From positions 62,473 through 126,472 of the forward strand of contig DAOPZC010000003.1 in the NCBI GenBank assembly GCA_035353175.1: a stretch of 64,000 nucleotides of DNA, read 5' to 3'. Position numbers and translations under genes: made by a program. This DNA is from Kiritimatiellia bacterium. Its GTDB lineage: Bacteria > Verrucomicrobiota > Kiritimatiellia > RFP12 > UBA1067. Of this stretch, positions 25,934 through 36,329 are shown in pieces. How positions within the stretch are numbered: the stretch's first letter is position 1; the number at the start of each line of letters is the position of its first letter. The notes beneath the pieces are model-generated. The model did no database searches. It saw only the letters and a program-made list of their open reading frames with translations, and was not told the origin of the DNA.

Positions 25934-27241
25934 ATGATGCAGACTATGCACCGCCGCTCGTTCCTGAAGGGATCTCTTTTCGCCACGCTGGCCGCCGCGA
26001 ACGCGCCGGTTTTTGCAGCCGATGCTCCAAAACCAATCGCAAAGAAAACCGAGCCGCCCGCGCCGCCCTTGGTGAGCACCCCGCCGACCCTTCAGATTCC
26101 CGCGCCGACCTCCATGGGCGTCGCGTGGGGCGTCACCGCCAGAGCCACCGGCTTTGTCGACGTCGGGAGCAAGCCCGACCTTTCCGACGCCCGCAGGATC
26201 TTCGCGGGCGACGGCGGACTGAAAGCCCTGGATGACGCCGCGCTGTCGGTCCGGATCACGGGCCTGAAGCCGGATTCGGTCTACCACTACCGCACCGGCA
26301 CGCTGCCGATCGATTTTCAGGGCGCGTACAAAATTTTTCCGGGCGAGCCGGTCCTGAGCGGCATCCATTCGTTCCGCACCCCTGGCCCGAAGTCCGCGTC
26401 CTCATTCGCGGTCATCAACGACACGCACGAGAACCATCCGGCCTGCGCCCTGCTGGCCGCCCAGATCGACGCGCTCAACCCGGCCGTGACCGTCTGGAAC
26501 GGCGACCTCTGCAACTGGCTGGAGCAGATGCCGAAGATGGTGCAGAGCCTGCTCAACCCGGGCCAGAGCGCGTTCGCGGTCAGCCGCCCGTTCCTTTTCA
26601 CCCCCGGCAACCACGACTACCGGGGCGTGCTGGCCCGCGAACTGCCGCGGATCCTCATGACGCGCGAGCCGGCCGAGCGCGACAGCAAATTCTGGACGTT
26701 GGGCCGCAACTATGCGGTCCGGCAAGGCGACATCGCGCTGATCGGGCTCGACACCGGCGAGGACAAGCCGGACGATCGCAGCGAATGGGGACAGCTGGCG
26801 CAGTTCGCGCCCTACCGCGCGCTTCAGGCGAAGTGGCTGGCCGAAGTCCTGGAGCGTCCGGACATCAAGGCGGCGCCGTATCTCGTGGCCTTCTGCCACA
26901 TTCCGCTTTTCGACGACACCCCCGATGCCAACCCGGGCGACCTCGCAGAGGGCTACGCTTCGTGGCAACGCCAGTGCCACGACCTGTGGTCGCCGCTTTT
27001 CGAAAAGCACGGCGTCCAGCTGGTCGTCACGGCCCACAAGCACAAGTTCCGCTTCGACGCTCCGGCCGCAGGACGGTCGTGGGCCCACGTCGTCGGCGGC
27101 TCCGGCTGCACGCTCAAGCCGGGGGGCGAGTTGACGGTCCTCGAAGGCAAGGTCGTCGACCACCAACTGAAACTGATCGCCCACGACCTGACAGCGAAGT
27201 CGGTCATCGGGGAATACGCCTTCAAGCCGCGCGGCGGATGA
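25934..27241 (+). CDS. Tat-exported metallophosphoesterase (purple acid phosphatase/calcineurin-like)
   Basis: Shine-Dalgarno AAGGGG precedes ATGATG at 25934. Tat motif HRRSFLKGSLFATLAAANAPVFA. Metallophosphoesterase motifs include GDLCNW, TPGNHDY and CHIPLF. Confidence 0.8.
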   Translation: MMQTMHRRSFLKGSLFATLAAANAPVFAADAPKPIAKKTEPPAPPLVSTPPTLQIPAPTSMGVAWGVTARATGFVDVGSKPDLSDARRIFAGDGGLKALDDAALSVRITGLKPDSVYHYRTGTLPIDFQGAYKIFPGEPVLSGIHSFRTPGPKSASSFAVINDTHENHPACALLAAQIDALNPAVTVWNGDLCNWLEQMPKMVQSLLNPGQSAFAVSRPFLFTPGNHDYRGVLARELPRILMTREPAERDSKFWTLGRNYAVRQGDIALIGLDTGEDKPDDRSEWGQLAQFAPYRALQAKWLAEVLERPDIKAAPYLVAFCHIPLFDDTPDANPGDLAEGYASWQRQCHDLWSPLFEKHGVQLVVTAHKHKFRFDAPAAGRSWAHVVGGSGCTLKPGGELTVLEGKVVDHQLKLIAHDLTAKSVIGEYAFKPRGG

Positions 27242-27263
27242 TCAGACGCGCCTCCTGCCGTCC

Positions 27264-30200
27264 TTATCTCAGCATCAGCACGGTTCCGTCGGTGAAGCGG
27301 AGCTTGACGTCGCCATCCGCCGTATAGAGAATGCGCCAGCGTTCATCCGGCAGGTTATGTGAGGCGAAAACGCCGCTTCGGGTGCCCGTGCAGGAGAGCA
27401 GTGTGTACGTCCGCTTGGTGTCGAGATCCGCCGGATTGACGATCGCAAGCGATGCGCCAGTCAGGTCGACGTTCCCGTGGACCGCCAGCAAGTCGCTGGA
27501 ACCGTCGGCCGCGACGTCAGCCGACAAGGTCCCGGAAAGCGCCAGGGCGGCCGCGATCGTGAGCGTGCCGAGCGCGCCGTCGCCGGCGGGGGCGAGGGTG
27601 CCGGTGACCGTCAGCGTGCCGTTGCTGACCAGGCCGCCGCCGCTGAGGCGGTCGAGGGCCTGCACGGAGCCGCCCAGATCGAGCGTCGCGCCGCCCGCGA
27701 CCTCGACGACGGAGGCGGGATCGAGCAGGTTGGTGACGACGTTTCCTTCTCCTCGGAGGGTCACCAGACTGCCGTCGCCGGGATCGGTGAAGGCCACGTA
27801 GTTCGCGATGTTGGTCTCGTTGCGGCCCAAGAAGTCGATGCCGAAGCCGAACACGCTTGTTTTCCACCACTCTCGATTGGCCACGATACCCGCGCCCCCG
27901 GTCCCGTTGTAGAAGCGGACATCAAACGCATGCGCGCCGGGCGACAGCGTGAAATTGCCGGTCTTGGGTGTCATCCAGCTGCCGTCATTGATGACGGTCG
28001 TATCGTCGATGCGCAAGAGTACGGCATCGTCGATGCTCTTGGCGAAGGTCCACGTCACGTTGGTCTCGCCGCGGTTCCAGATGCTGCCGGAATAAATGAT
28101 GGTGGTGTTCGTGGGCCAATCCGTTGTGCCCAGGTTCGCCATGCGGGTGCCGAGCTGTATGGCGGTGCACGGATTGGTGGCGGTCGAGGTCAGTCCCGCG
28201 CTTGTAACAAAGCCTTCGTACAGGCCCGGATCACGTTCCTCCAAACGGACAACGCCCCCGCCGATCACGATCGGCGCGGCGGAATTCAAGGTGGCGCCGA
28301 GGGTGAGCGTGCCGTCAGACGCCTTCGAGAGGCTGCTCCCGGTCAAGGTGCCGTTGACGATCATGCCGCCCGTAGCCGTAATCGCGCCATTGGTCAACGC
28401 GAGCCCGTTCAGATTGTAAATGCCGCCCGCCACCTTGACGGCCGCGTTTGTGGGCAGCGAGTCGGCATGCCCCGCGATCAGCGTGCCCGCGTTGATGGTC
28501 GTGACACCGCCGTAGGTGTTGGTGCCGCCCAGCGTGAGGACGCCGTTCCCATTCTTGGTGAGGCCACCCGCCGCCGAGTTCGGCGTCATCAGCGCCACGC
28601 CGGCCTGTCCGAGGGTGGTGTAGCCGCCGCCGCGCAACTCGACGGTGAGCGCGTCGTCGTACTTGTATCCGACGCCGGGGCTGGTGACCGTGATGCCGGT
28701 CAGCTGGCCGAAGGCCGGGCTGTCCTGATCCAGGCTCACGGTCGCAACGGCCGTCGCGCCGAAGCCGCTGCCGCCGGTGATCATCACGACGGGCGGGGCG
28801 ATGTACCCCGCGCCCGGATTGTAGACGCTGATCCAGCCGACGCCCAGTCCGGTCGGAGCGACCAGAGACTGGTTGAGCGTGAGGATCGCGTTGGTGGTGT
28901 CGATCACGGCGCCGCCGGGGTAAACGGTCGCGGCGGTCAGTCCCTGCATGAACGTCGCCGCATAGGCGGTGCCCGAATTGGCTTTGAGTGTGCCGCCGTT
29001 GAAATTGAAGAGCGACGGCGTGCCGGTGACGCCCGCGCGGATGCGGTTCGCCAACAGCGTGCCCGAATTCAGGTTGATGATAGACGCCAGGTTGCCGGCC
29101 GCGTTGGCCATGTTGAACCCCTTCGAGGTGCCATTGCATGCGGCGTCCATGAGCGCATTGGCTCCCAGCAGGTTGAGCACCGCCAACGATCCGTTGTTGG
29201 CGGCATAAGCCATGGTGGTGTCGTTGCCGGCGGACGGGCCTGCGAGCGTGCCGCCGTAGATGTTGGCCACGCCGTTGCCCTTCGACCAGCCCCAGAACAG
29301 CCAGTCGCCGGTGCAGACAGCGGAGGCGTCGGTGCCGAAAATTTCAAAGACCGCGTTGTTCTCGCCGTTCGCGGCCGTCCCGCCCGGCAGGCCGATGCGG
29401 CCGGAGCGCAGGGTGCCGCTGTTGAGCCGGTAGTAGCCGTAGCCGCCGTTGTGGCCGAGGTTCAGCCGGTCGCCGCCGGTGGGGTTGATCTCGACGGTGC
29501 TGTTGTTGTTCTGGTAAACCGCGCCGTTCGCGATTTGGTTTTGGGCCAGGATGATGCCGTTCAGCGTCAGATCGTCATTAATGAACACGCGGGCGCGGTC
29601 GCCGTTGCCGTTACCCACGTAAAGGATTTCCATGCGGGTGGGGCCGTCGACGGTCAGCGTGCCGCCCAGCGAGGTCGGCTGGACGACGGTGCGGCCGATG
29701 ATGTTCGAACTGCCGTTCGCCAGCGTGAGGCTGGCGCCGTTCACGACGCGCACTTCGCCGTATTGCGAGCTTCCCGTCGAGGTGGCCGTGGCGTTGGTAT
29801 TGAAGCCGCTCATCGTCAGCGTGTTCGTGCCGCGGAGGTAGAGCGTGAAACTGTCCTGCACGTTGGTGAGGGCGAAGGGACCCGACGAGGAGAGGTCGAT
29901 GTCCAAGATGGCGCTGTTGGCCGTGAAGACCGTGTTGCTGATGAGCGCCATGATCTGGTCAGCGTTCCAGCCGATGACGCCGTTGCCGGCTTCAACCCGC
30001 AGGTACTTGCCGGCCACGACGGTCACCGCGCCGGTCTCATAGCCGGGCAGCGAGCCGGGATTGTGCGCGTAAAGCGTGCTGTTGCTGACGATGGTGCCGC
30101 CGCTGTACGTGTTGTTCGTGCCGGTCAGGTGGAACACACAGGTGTCGCTGCCCGCCTTCACCAGCCTGCCGCTGCCGGAAATATCGCCCGCGAAGGTGGC

Positions 30201-33200
30201 CTGCGTGTCGTTGGCGCTCGTCAGGAAGGCCGTTCCGTTGAGCGACACAGGGCCGGCCCAGATATTCTGAAGAGTGCTGTTGCCGTAACGGGCATAGAAG
30301 CGGCCGAGGTCGTTCAGCACCAGGCTCCAGGCGACCGGAAGAGTCGCTTGATAGATGTCGAATGCGGCGTTGCCTTGCACCGTCACGGTATTGGACGCGT
30401 CGCCGCCGAGCGACGTGTTCACCTCGATAGAGAACGAGCCTTCCTGGATATCGATGTGTCCGGGGTTTCTGACGGGGACCGCCGTGAGACCGACCATGTT
30501 GGACCCGACCTTGGTCATCGTAAAACCGTTCATGTCGAAGAAAGGCGGCTTGGACGAGTCTGTGTTGCGGATGTCCCAGCGCGCGCTGCCGTGCTCGCCG
30601 CCGAAGGTCGCGTCTCCCGCGAGCGCCAGGTAGCGGAAAGCGTTGTATTGGGAGCGGGCGGACGAGTTGATGATCGCGCCACGGCCGTTCAGGCCGGTGC
30701 CGCTGACCATAAAGAGTTCGTCGCCGAAGTTGACCGCGTTGTCCGTGGTGCTGAAGCCCACGTCGAGCGTGCCACGGTTCGTGATGATCGTTCCCGCGAG
30801 CGTCGACCCCAAAGCCGCGTTGTTGCTGGGCATCAGGGTGCCTTCCCGGATGAGGGTCAGCCCGTTGTAGGTGTTGGCTGAACCCAGGACGATGCGGCTG
30901 CTGCCCTCCTTCACCAGCGCGCCGGCACCGCTGATCGCGCCCGCGAGGGTCTGCGTCGTCCCGTTCGCCGCCAGGACCAGTTCGCCCGCGTCGATTTGCG
31001 TGGCGCCGGTATAGGCGGTGGCGCCGTTCAGGCGCACGGCACCTTGGCCCAGCTTCACCAGCGAAGAGGCCGAGGTGTTGTTGGTGACGGGGGTGTTGAC
31101 CGACAAGGCGTTGTTGGCCGAATAGTTCGCGAGGGAGAGCGCTTCGCCGGCGGAACGCGGCATCAAGAGCCCGTCAGCCGTGTTGGTGCCGATGGTCAGG
31201 GAGGCCATGTATTCGCCGATGATCAGGCTGGAGGTCTTCAGGATCTGGCCGTTGGTCAGCCCGACTTTCGCATCCCACCCGGTGGCCTGCAGAAGTCCGC
31301 CGAGGCTGGTTTCGGTCTCGGCCTGGAGCGCGATGTCGCCTGTGGTCCCCTCCTCGGTGATCCGGGCGAAGGCGGTCGCATCGTTCGGAAGCACGGAAGG
31401 CCCCTTGGCCGAAATGTTGCTGTAGGCGGAATCGCCGGCCGGGATCACGCCCTGCGCGGCCGTGTAGGAGGCGAGGTTCGTGCCGTTGTGCAAAGCCCAC
31501 GGGCCGATCAGGGCGTTGTCGGCGGCGGGGGGCGTCGCAAACAGGATGCGGTTGCGGTTGTCTTCCGCACCCAGTCCGTTGCCGACGAAGTTCACGGATC
31601 CGCCGCCCGTGCGTGCCAGCGAGGCGAAGGTCAGCGTGGAGGTCTGGTCCGGATCGGCCTGCGAGGCCATCACGGCCGTGCCACCGCTGCCGACCGTCAG
31701 CGCGCCGGCGGTTTCACTGTAGCTGGCCGAACCGCCCGAATGCGTAAAGCTCAAGGTGCCGCCATTGAGCGTGACCGCGCCGCTGTCGCTCAACCGGTTG
31801 GCGTGATTGGCGGAAGGCGAGTTGCTGACGACGAACGTGCCGCCGCCCAGCGTCACCCCGCCGTTGATGGAACCGTTCTCGCCGCCGATCACCAGCGTCC
31901 CGTTGTTCGCGTAGGTGATCGCGTCATACGTGTTCGACCCCGAGAGCGTCCACGTTCCGGAGCCGGCCTCGCGGATGACCGGAAGCCCCATCGTCAGGGT
32001 CCCGTTGTCGATGGTGCCGCGGATCTCGCCGTCGCCGTTGCCCTGCAAGCGCAGGTTTCTCGCCGCGGTCTGGTCGCTCGTCATGTTTCCGGTGAAGAGC
32101 ACCTTGCCCGCGTTGGATTTGAAGATGGAGTCCCCGTCGCCGCCGGTGATGATGACCGGCCCTTGGATCGTATTGTTTCCGGCCTCGTTCAGGAGGGCGC
32201 CGAAGCGGCTGTTGCTTGTGCGGAAGGTGATTTCAGGCGGGATGGTCAAATCGCCGACCGTACCGTCGAAATGGATGTGCGGGTTGGCGTTGTTCGCGTT
32301 GTTGGCGGCTTGCGCGGTCTTGGGGCCGACGCCGAACGCGCCGCTGTTCCTGATGACCAGCGAGCCGTCCTCGACCACAACGTTGCCCTTATAGGTGTTG
32401 TTGCCGGAGAGAATCCAGGCGCCTGAGCCCGTCTTGAAAAGGTTGTTGGTTGAGTTGGCATCGTAATCGGAGATGGCGCCGGCGACCTCGCCGGTGCCCG
32501 ACGTGCTGCCATACAGGCGGAGCTGTTTGTTGCTGGCGACCGCGGCCGTGATGTCGCCCGTAAACTTGAGCAGCCCGTTTCCGGCCTGCTCGAGGTACGT
32601 TCCGCCGGTGGTGCCGCCCATGACGATGGCGCGCTCGGTGGTATCGCCGGTTCCGCGGTAGGTGAGCGTGCCGGTCGAGGTGCCGCTGCCGATGCGGATC
32701 GGCAAGTCGGCGGCCTCCGTGGGCGCGCCGAGCGCGCTGGGCTCGCCTGCATTCCGAAGCGAGTAGGCTTGGACCGCGCCGGCTTTGATCCAGGTGGCGC
32801 CCGCATAGGTGTTGGAGGCCGTCAGAATGAGGGTGCCGTTCCCCATCTTGGTGACCGGATGCGGACCGTTGAGGTCGCTGATCACGCCGCGGATGTAGCC
32901 GTTTCCGTTGGGAACGCCCAGCAAGCCGTCGTTCGCAGGATCGGAAATGTTGTTGGCAAGGTAGACAGGCCCGTTCCATGCCCCGTCCCAATCCAGCCGG
33001 AGTTGGCCGTAGGATTCGCCCGTGTTGCCGCCCTCCAGAATCAGGGTGCCGCTGTGGGGATAGGTCCCGGTGCCGACCATGAGGGTCGAATTGGTGCGCA
33101 CGACAAAGGTCGCGGCGGGGTTGTCCCTGCCGTTCATCATGGCTTTGCCGCCTGAGGCTGCCACGCCGATGTTCCAGACGCCGGTGAACTCCGAATAATC

Positions 33201-35924
33201 CGCGTTCAAATAGCTGGTCGTGCTGCCGGTCTGCAGCGTGACGTTGTTCGTGCCCGCGCCGCTGATCTTGGGGTAACTGAGGGAGACCGTGCTGACCGTC
33301 TTCATGTCGACCGTGCCGTTGTTGACGACCGGCCCCGCGCCAAGGGCGCTGACGTGGTTGGCGACGACCGTGCTCCCCGTGTTGACCGTGAGGCCGCCGC
33401 TGAAGGAGTTGGCACTTCCCAGCGTGAGCGCGCCGGTGCCGGTTTTGGTCAGGCTGCCGCCGCCCGAGAGCGAGCCGGTGAAGGTGGTGCTGGCGTCGTT
33501 CTTGCCGACGGTCAGCGCGATCGGTTTGTCCGCGTTGTCGACGAGGGTCAATCCCTGACTGCCGCTGAGGCCGCCGAACGTGAAGGCGTGCCCGGACACG
33601 CCGCTGTCAAACACGGGCGGCGTGCCGCCGAGGGTGACGGTGCTGTTCTGGAGCGCGTTGCCGTTGGCCAGCACGAGCGCTCCAGCGCTGATCGCGGTAT
33701 TGCCGGAGAAGGTGTTTTCGGCCGCGAGCGTCACGGCGCCGGTGCCGGCCTTGGCCAATGAAGAGGCGCCGGCGTTGTCCGCGATCACGGCGTTGACGGT
33801 GAGGCTGCTCGCGCCGTCGTTGGCGAGGGTCAGGTTTCCGCCCTCTGCGGCGGCCGTGAGGGTTCCGTCGCCCGCCGCCGCGCCGAGGGTGAGAGCGGCC
33901 TTGCCGGCCGGGACTGCGGCGGCGGAGGTGCGCAGCGTTTTGCCCGCCGTGTTCACGGTCGAGTCGAATACGGAGTTCTGGGCCAGCGAATTGATCGCCG
34001 TGGTGGCGTCGCTCAGCTCATTGTTGCCCGTCGTGCCTTCCGTCGTGATGCGGACGTTGCTGGACGGGTTGGAGATGATCGTGTCGCCGCGGGCCGCGAT
34101 GTCCGCGTAGGAAGCGCTCTCAGAGGCATAGACGCCGCGCGCGCTGCTGTAGGCGGCCAGGGCGGAGCCGTTGACCGTGGCCCAGCCGATCGGGCCGTCG
34201 CTTTGACCGTTGATGAAGATCCGGTTGCGGTCGCTCTCGCCGAGGCCGGCGCCCGTGAAGTCGACGGTGCCGGAGGTGCGCGTGAGGCCGCTGAGCGTGA
34301 GGGCGGAGGTGCGGCCCGCGGCGGCTTGCGAGGCAGAGAGGGTGTTCGGTCCGGAGACGAGCGCGACCGTGCCGGCCGTTTCGCTGTAGTCGGCCGCGCC
34401 GGCGGTGTGGGCGAAGCTCAGGGTGCCGCCGTTCATCGTGATGCTGCCGCTGTCCTTGACGCGGTTGGGCAGGTTGGCGTCGGGGGTGTTGCTGATTTGA
34501 AGCGTGCCGCCGGCATTGATCGTGATGCCGCTGGTGGAGAGGATCGAGCCGCTGGCGCCCTTGATAACGAGGGTTCCGCCGTCGACGAACGTGCCGCCGC
34601 CGTAGAGGTTCGCGCCTGAGAGCGCCCACAGGCCGGTGCCCTGCTTATAGACGGCAACATTCCCCGCGTTGTTCACGATGACGCCGCTGATCTCGGCCGT
34701 GCCGGCCGTCGAGCCCATCAGGGTGAGGCTCAGTCCGCTCGTGGTCGCGCAGACCGTGTTGGTGGTGAAAGCCAAGTGCCCGGCGCCGGCGTGCTCGATC
34801 CGCGCGTGGGAATTGAATTCGAGGGTGCGGTCGGTGGACTCGCCCGCGCCGATGTACTTCAGCTTGGGCCCGCCATCGTTGTTGCTGTTGAAGCGGATCT
34901 TGGAGCCCGCGCCGAGGTTACTGTCGGTGGCGCCGCGGTTGCCGAAACGGGCGGCGCTGATGGTGCCGGCGGCGTTCATCACGACGTATCCCGCGAAATC
35001 GTTGATGCCGTTGAGCTCGAACGTGCCCGCCCGGCCTGCCGGGGAATAGAGCTCGAAGCCGCCGGGGCCGGTGATGCGGCAGTTGATGGCGCAGGTGGCA
35101 TTGACGTCGTCCACGCGGTTGTCGGAGTAGCTCTCGGCACCGCCCGTGCTGAATTGGATCGCGCCGGTTCCCGTGATCGTACCGCCGGCCGCGCAGACGA
35201 TGTTGTCGCCGCCCAAGTTGGTGAACGTGGTGTAGCCTTGGCCGATGTCGAGCACGCTGCGGGGTCCGCCGTTCAGATACAGGATGCGGAGGACGTTCGT
35301 TCCGGAAAGCGTCGTGGTCCCCGAGTTGTTGACGCTGATGTCGAGGGTGGTCGCCCCCCCCTTTGTGATGTTGCCGAGGAGCTTGACCGGACCAACGCCG
35401 TTCACGTTGAGCGTTTTGCCGCCCGCCGTGCCGCCGCTCGCCGCGCCAAAAATATTCCCGTAAACGGTGAGGGCGTTGAACGCATGATCATTCTGGAAGG
35501 TGTAGCTGTTGCCGGTCGTGTCGGGGCCGAGCTGGATTCCGGCGGCGATGAAATGGCTGTTTTTCGAGTCGCTGAGGACCCGATAGTTTGCGCCGTGACG
35601 CGCGACGAGCGTCTGGCTGTTGACGGGCCAGTCGCCGATGTAGTAGGAAGGCACGCTCGTTCCCGAGAAATTGATGTAGCGGATGGCCGAAAGGCCCGCG
35701 AGGTTGATGTTGGTGCGGTTGTTTCCCGATCCGCTGAAGGTGGCCGTGTCTTCGCTGACGGGATAGGCCGCGTTGTTGTCGGACCAGTTGACTTTGTTTG
35801 TCCAGTACCCGCTGTTGGCGCCGCCGTCCCAGGTTCCGCTCGTCGCCCACACCTGACGACCGCACAGCATCATGAGCATTGCGGCGGAAAACGAGCCACA
35901 GGTGAATAACCGATTACGAGTCAT
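27264..35924 (-). CDS. giant (2886 aa) secreted repeat protein: autotransporter-associated beta-strand (PATR) repeats plus a PA14 domain; putative cell-surface adhesin
   Basis: Shine-Dalgarno AAGGAG sits 8 nt upstream of the ATG at 35924 (MTRNRLFTCGSFSAAMLMMLCGRQVWA). Dozens of ~30-aa G/T/N/S-rich repeats of the GGTL.....G.GTLTL.G.NTY.G.T.I..G.L type. A PA14-like segment near the C-terminus (GLYEGFVTSAGL...FTLSPGAHAFDVRFYNGTGGAG). There is an internal duplication of a ~150-aa block (see finding). Confidence 0.85.
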   Translation of the reverse strand: MTRNRLFTCGSFSAAMLMMLCGRQVWATSGTWDGGANSGYWTNKVNWSDNNAAYPVSEDTATFSGSGNNRTNINLAGLSAIRYINFSGTSVPSYYIGDWPVNSQTLVARHGANYRVLSDSKNSHFIAAGIQLGPDTTGNSYTFQNDHAFNALTVYGNIFGAASGGTAGGKTLNVNGVGPVKLLGNITKGGATTLDISVNNSGTTTLSGTNVLRILYLNGGPRSVLDIGQGYTTFTNLGGDNIVCAAGGTITGTGAIQFSTGGAESYSDNRVDDVNATCAINCRITGPGGFELYSPAGRAGTFELNGINDFAGYVVMNAAGTISAARFGNRGATDSNLGAGSKIRFNSNNDGGPKLKYIGAGESTDRTLEFNSHARIEHAGAGHLAFTTNTVCATTSGLSLTLMGSTAGTAEISGVIVNNAGNVAVYKQGTGLWALSGANLYGGGTFVDGGTLVIKGASGSILSTSGITINAGGTLQISNTPDANLPNRVKDSGSITMNGGTLSFAHTAGAADYSETAGTVALVSGPNTLSASQAAAGRTSALTLSGLTRTSGTVDFTGAGLGESDRNRIFINGQSDGPIGWATVNGSALAAYSSARGVYASESASYADIAARGDTIISNPSSNVRITTEGTTGNNELSDATTAINSLAQNSVFDSTVNTAGKTLRTSAAAVPAGKAALTLGAAAGDGTLTAAAEGGNLTLANDGASSLTVNAVIADNAGASSLAKAGTGAVTLAAENTFSGNTAISAGALVLANGNALQNSTVTLGGTPPVFDSGVSGHAFTFGGLSGSQGLTLVDNADKPIALTVGKNDASTTFTGSLSGGGSLTKTGTGALTLGSANSFSGGLTVNTGSTVVANHVSALGAGPVVNNGTVDMKTVSTVSLSYPKISGAGTNNVTLQTGSTTSYLNADYSEFTGVWNIGVAASGGKAMMNGRDNPAATFVVRTNSTLMVGTGTYPHSGTLILEGGNTGESYGQLRLDWDGAWNGPVYLANNISDPANDGLLGVPNGNGYIRGVISDLNGPHPVTKMGNGTLILTASNTYAGATWIKAGAVQAYSLRNAGEPSALGAPTEAADLPIRIGSGTSTGTLTYRGTGDTTERAIVMGGTTGGTYLEQAGNGLLKFTGDITAAVASNKQLRLYGSTSGTGEVAGAISDYDANSTNNLFKTGSGAWILSGNNTYKGNVVVEDGSLVIRNSGAFGVGPKTAQAANNANNANPHIHFDGTVGDLTIPPEITFRTSNSRFGALLNEAGNNTIQGPVIITGGDGDSIFKSNAGKVLFTGNMTSDQTAARNLRLQGNGDGEIRGTIDNGTLTMGLPVIREAGSGTWTLSGSNTYDAITYANNGTLVIGGENGSINGGVTLGGGTFVVSNSPSANHANRLSDSGAVTLNGGTLSFTHSGGSASYSETAGALTVGSGGTAVMASQADPDQTSTLTFASLARTGGGSVNFVGNGLGAEDNRNRILFATPPAADNALIGPWALHNGTNLASYTAAQGVIPAGDSAYSNISAKGPSVLPNDATAFARITEEGTTGDIALQAETETSLGGLLQATGWDAKVGLTNGQILKTSSLIIGEYMASLTIGTNTADGLLMPRSAGEALSLANYSANNALSVNTPVTNNTSASSLVKLGQGAVRLNGATAYTGATQIDAGELVLAANGTTQTLAGAISGAGALVKEGSSRIVLGSANTYNGLTLIREGTLMPSNNAALGSTLAGTIITNRGTLDVGFSTTDNAVNFGDELFMVSGTGLNGRGAIINSSARSQYNAFRYLALAGDATFGGEHGSARWDIRNTDSSKPPFFDMNGFTMTKVGSNMVGLTAVPVRNPGHIDIQEGSFSIEVNTSLGGDASNTVTVQGNAAFDIYQATLPVAWSLVLNDLGRFYARYGNSTLQNIWAGPVSLNGTAFLTSANDTQATFAGDISGSGRLVKAGSDTCVFHLTGTNNTYSGGTIVSNSTLYAHNPGSLPGYETGAVTVVAGKYLRVEAGNGVIGWNADQIMALISNTVFTANSAILDIDLSSSGPFALTNVQDSFTLYLRGTNTLTMSGFNTNATATSTGSSQYGEVRVVNGASLTLANGSSNIIGRTVVQPTSLGGTLTVDGPTRMEILYVGNGNGDRARVFINDDLTLNGIILAQNQIANGAVYQNNNSTVEINPTGGDRLNLGHNGGYGYYRLNSGTLRSGRIGLPGGTAANGENNAVFEIFGTDASAVCTGDWLFWGWSKGNGVANIYGGTLAGPSAGNDTTMAYAANNGSLAVLNLLGANALMDAACNGTSKGFNMANAAGNLASIINLNSGTLLANRIRAGVTGTPSLFNFNGGTLKANSGTAYAATFMQGLTAATVYPGGAVIDTTNAILTLNQSLVAPTGLGVGWISVYNPGAGYIAPPVVMITGGSGFGATAVATVSLDQDSPAFGQLTGITVTSPGVGYKYDDALTVELRGGGYTTLGQAGVALMTPNSAAGGLTKNGNGVLTLGGTNTYGGVTTINAGTLIAGHADSLPTNAAVKVAGGIYNLNGLALTNGAITATGGMIVNGTLTGSSLSKASDGTLTLGATLNSAAPIVIGGGVVRLEERDPGLYEGFVTSAGLTSTATNPCTAIQLGTRMANLGTTDWPTNTTIIYSGSIWNRGETNVTWTFAKSIDDAVLLRIDDTTVINDGSWMTPKTGNFTLSPGAHAFDVRFYNGTGGAGIVANREWWKTSVFGFGIDFLGRNETNIANYVAFTDPGDGSLVTLRGEGNVVTNLLDPASVVEVAGGATLDLGGSVQALDRLSGGGLVSNGTLTVTGTLAPAGDGALGTLTIAAALALSGTLSADVAADGSSDLLAVHGNVDLTGASLAIVNPADLDTKRTYTLLSCTGTRSGVFASHNLPDERWRILYTADGDVKLRFTDGTVLMLR

Positions 35925-36229
35925 AATAACACTCCTTGTTTGCCACACCGGAAGTTCGACCGAGAACCCAAATTTAAATAACCTAAGTTATGTTACATGC
36001 GGGTGCTAAGCGCGGTCAAGGCGCAATGCCCGAAAACGGGGAAAACTTTCGCGAAAAGACGGTCAGCCTTCGGGCGGTCGACGGTCTTTTGAACGTCGGC
36101 CGCGCGTTGGCCTTGCGTGACCGTTCATCACGCGGACGGGGCCGCCCGCCCCAGATGTTCCGCATACGCCACGCACGAACCTTGCCCCTCCCCGCCACCA
36201 ACCGGCGGCCTCCGTACCGCTCAAAACCG

Positions 36230-36259
36230 TTGACACGCTTTGTCGACCCGCCGCATACT
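36230..36259 (+). promoter_or_regulatory. candidate sigma70-like promoter for the LRR protein gene
   Basis: TTGACA, an 18-bp spacer, then CATACT, ~70 nt upstream of the ATG at 36330. This is the best -35/-10 match in the divergent 400-bp spacer. The assignment is inferential. Confidence 0.25.
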
Positions 36260-36329
36260 GATGCCGTTTGATGTCTTTCACATTTTTCGAGATGCGTCTC
36301 CATTTGCCCGTATCAAGAAAGGTGAAGCC

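Noticed and set aside
27477-30881. 1134-aa plus-strand ORF and other 300-500-aa ORFs (30996-32426, 34776-35909 and others) inside 27264-35924
   Set aside because: All are antisense or out-of-frame to the giant PATR-repeat gene, which has a clear Shine-Dalgarno, signal peptide and repeat structure. The repetitive GC-rich DNA keeps alternative frames open.
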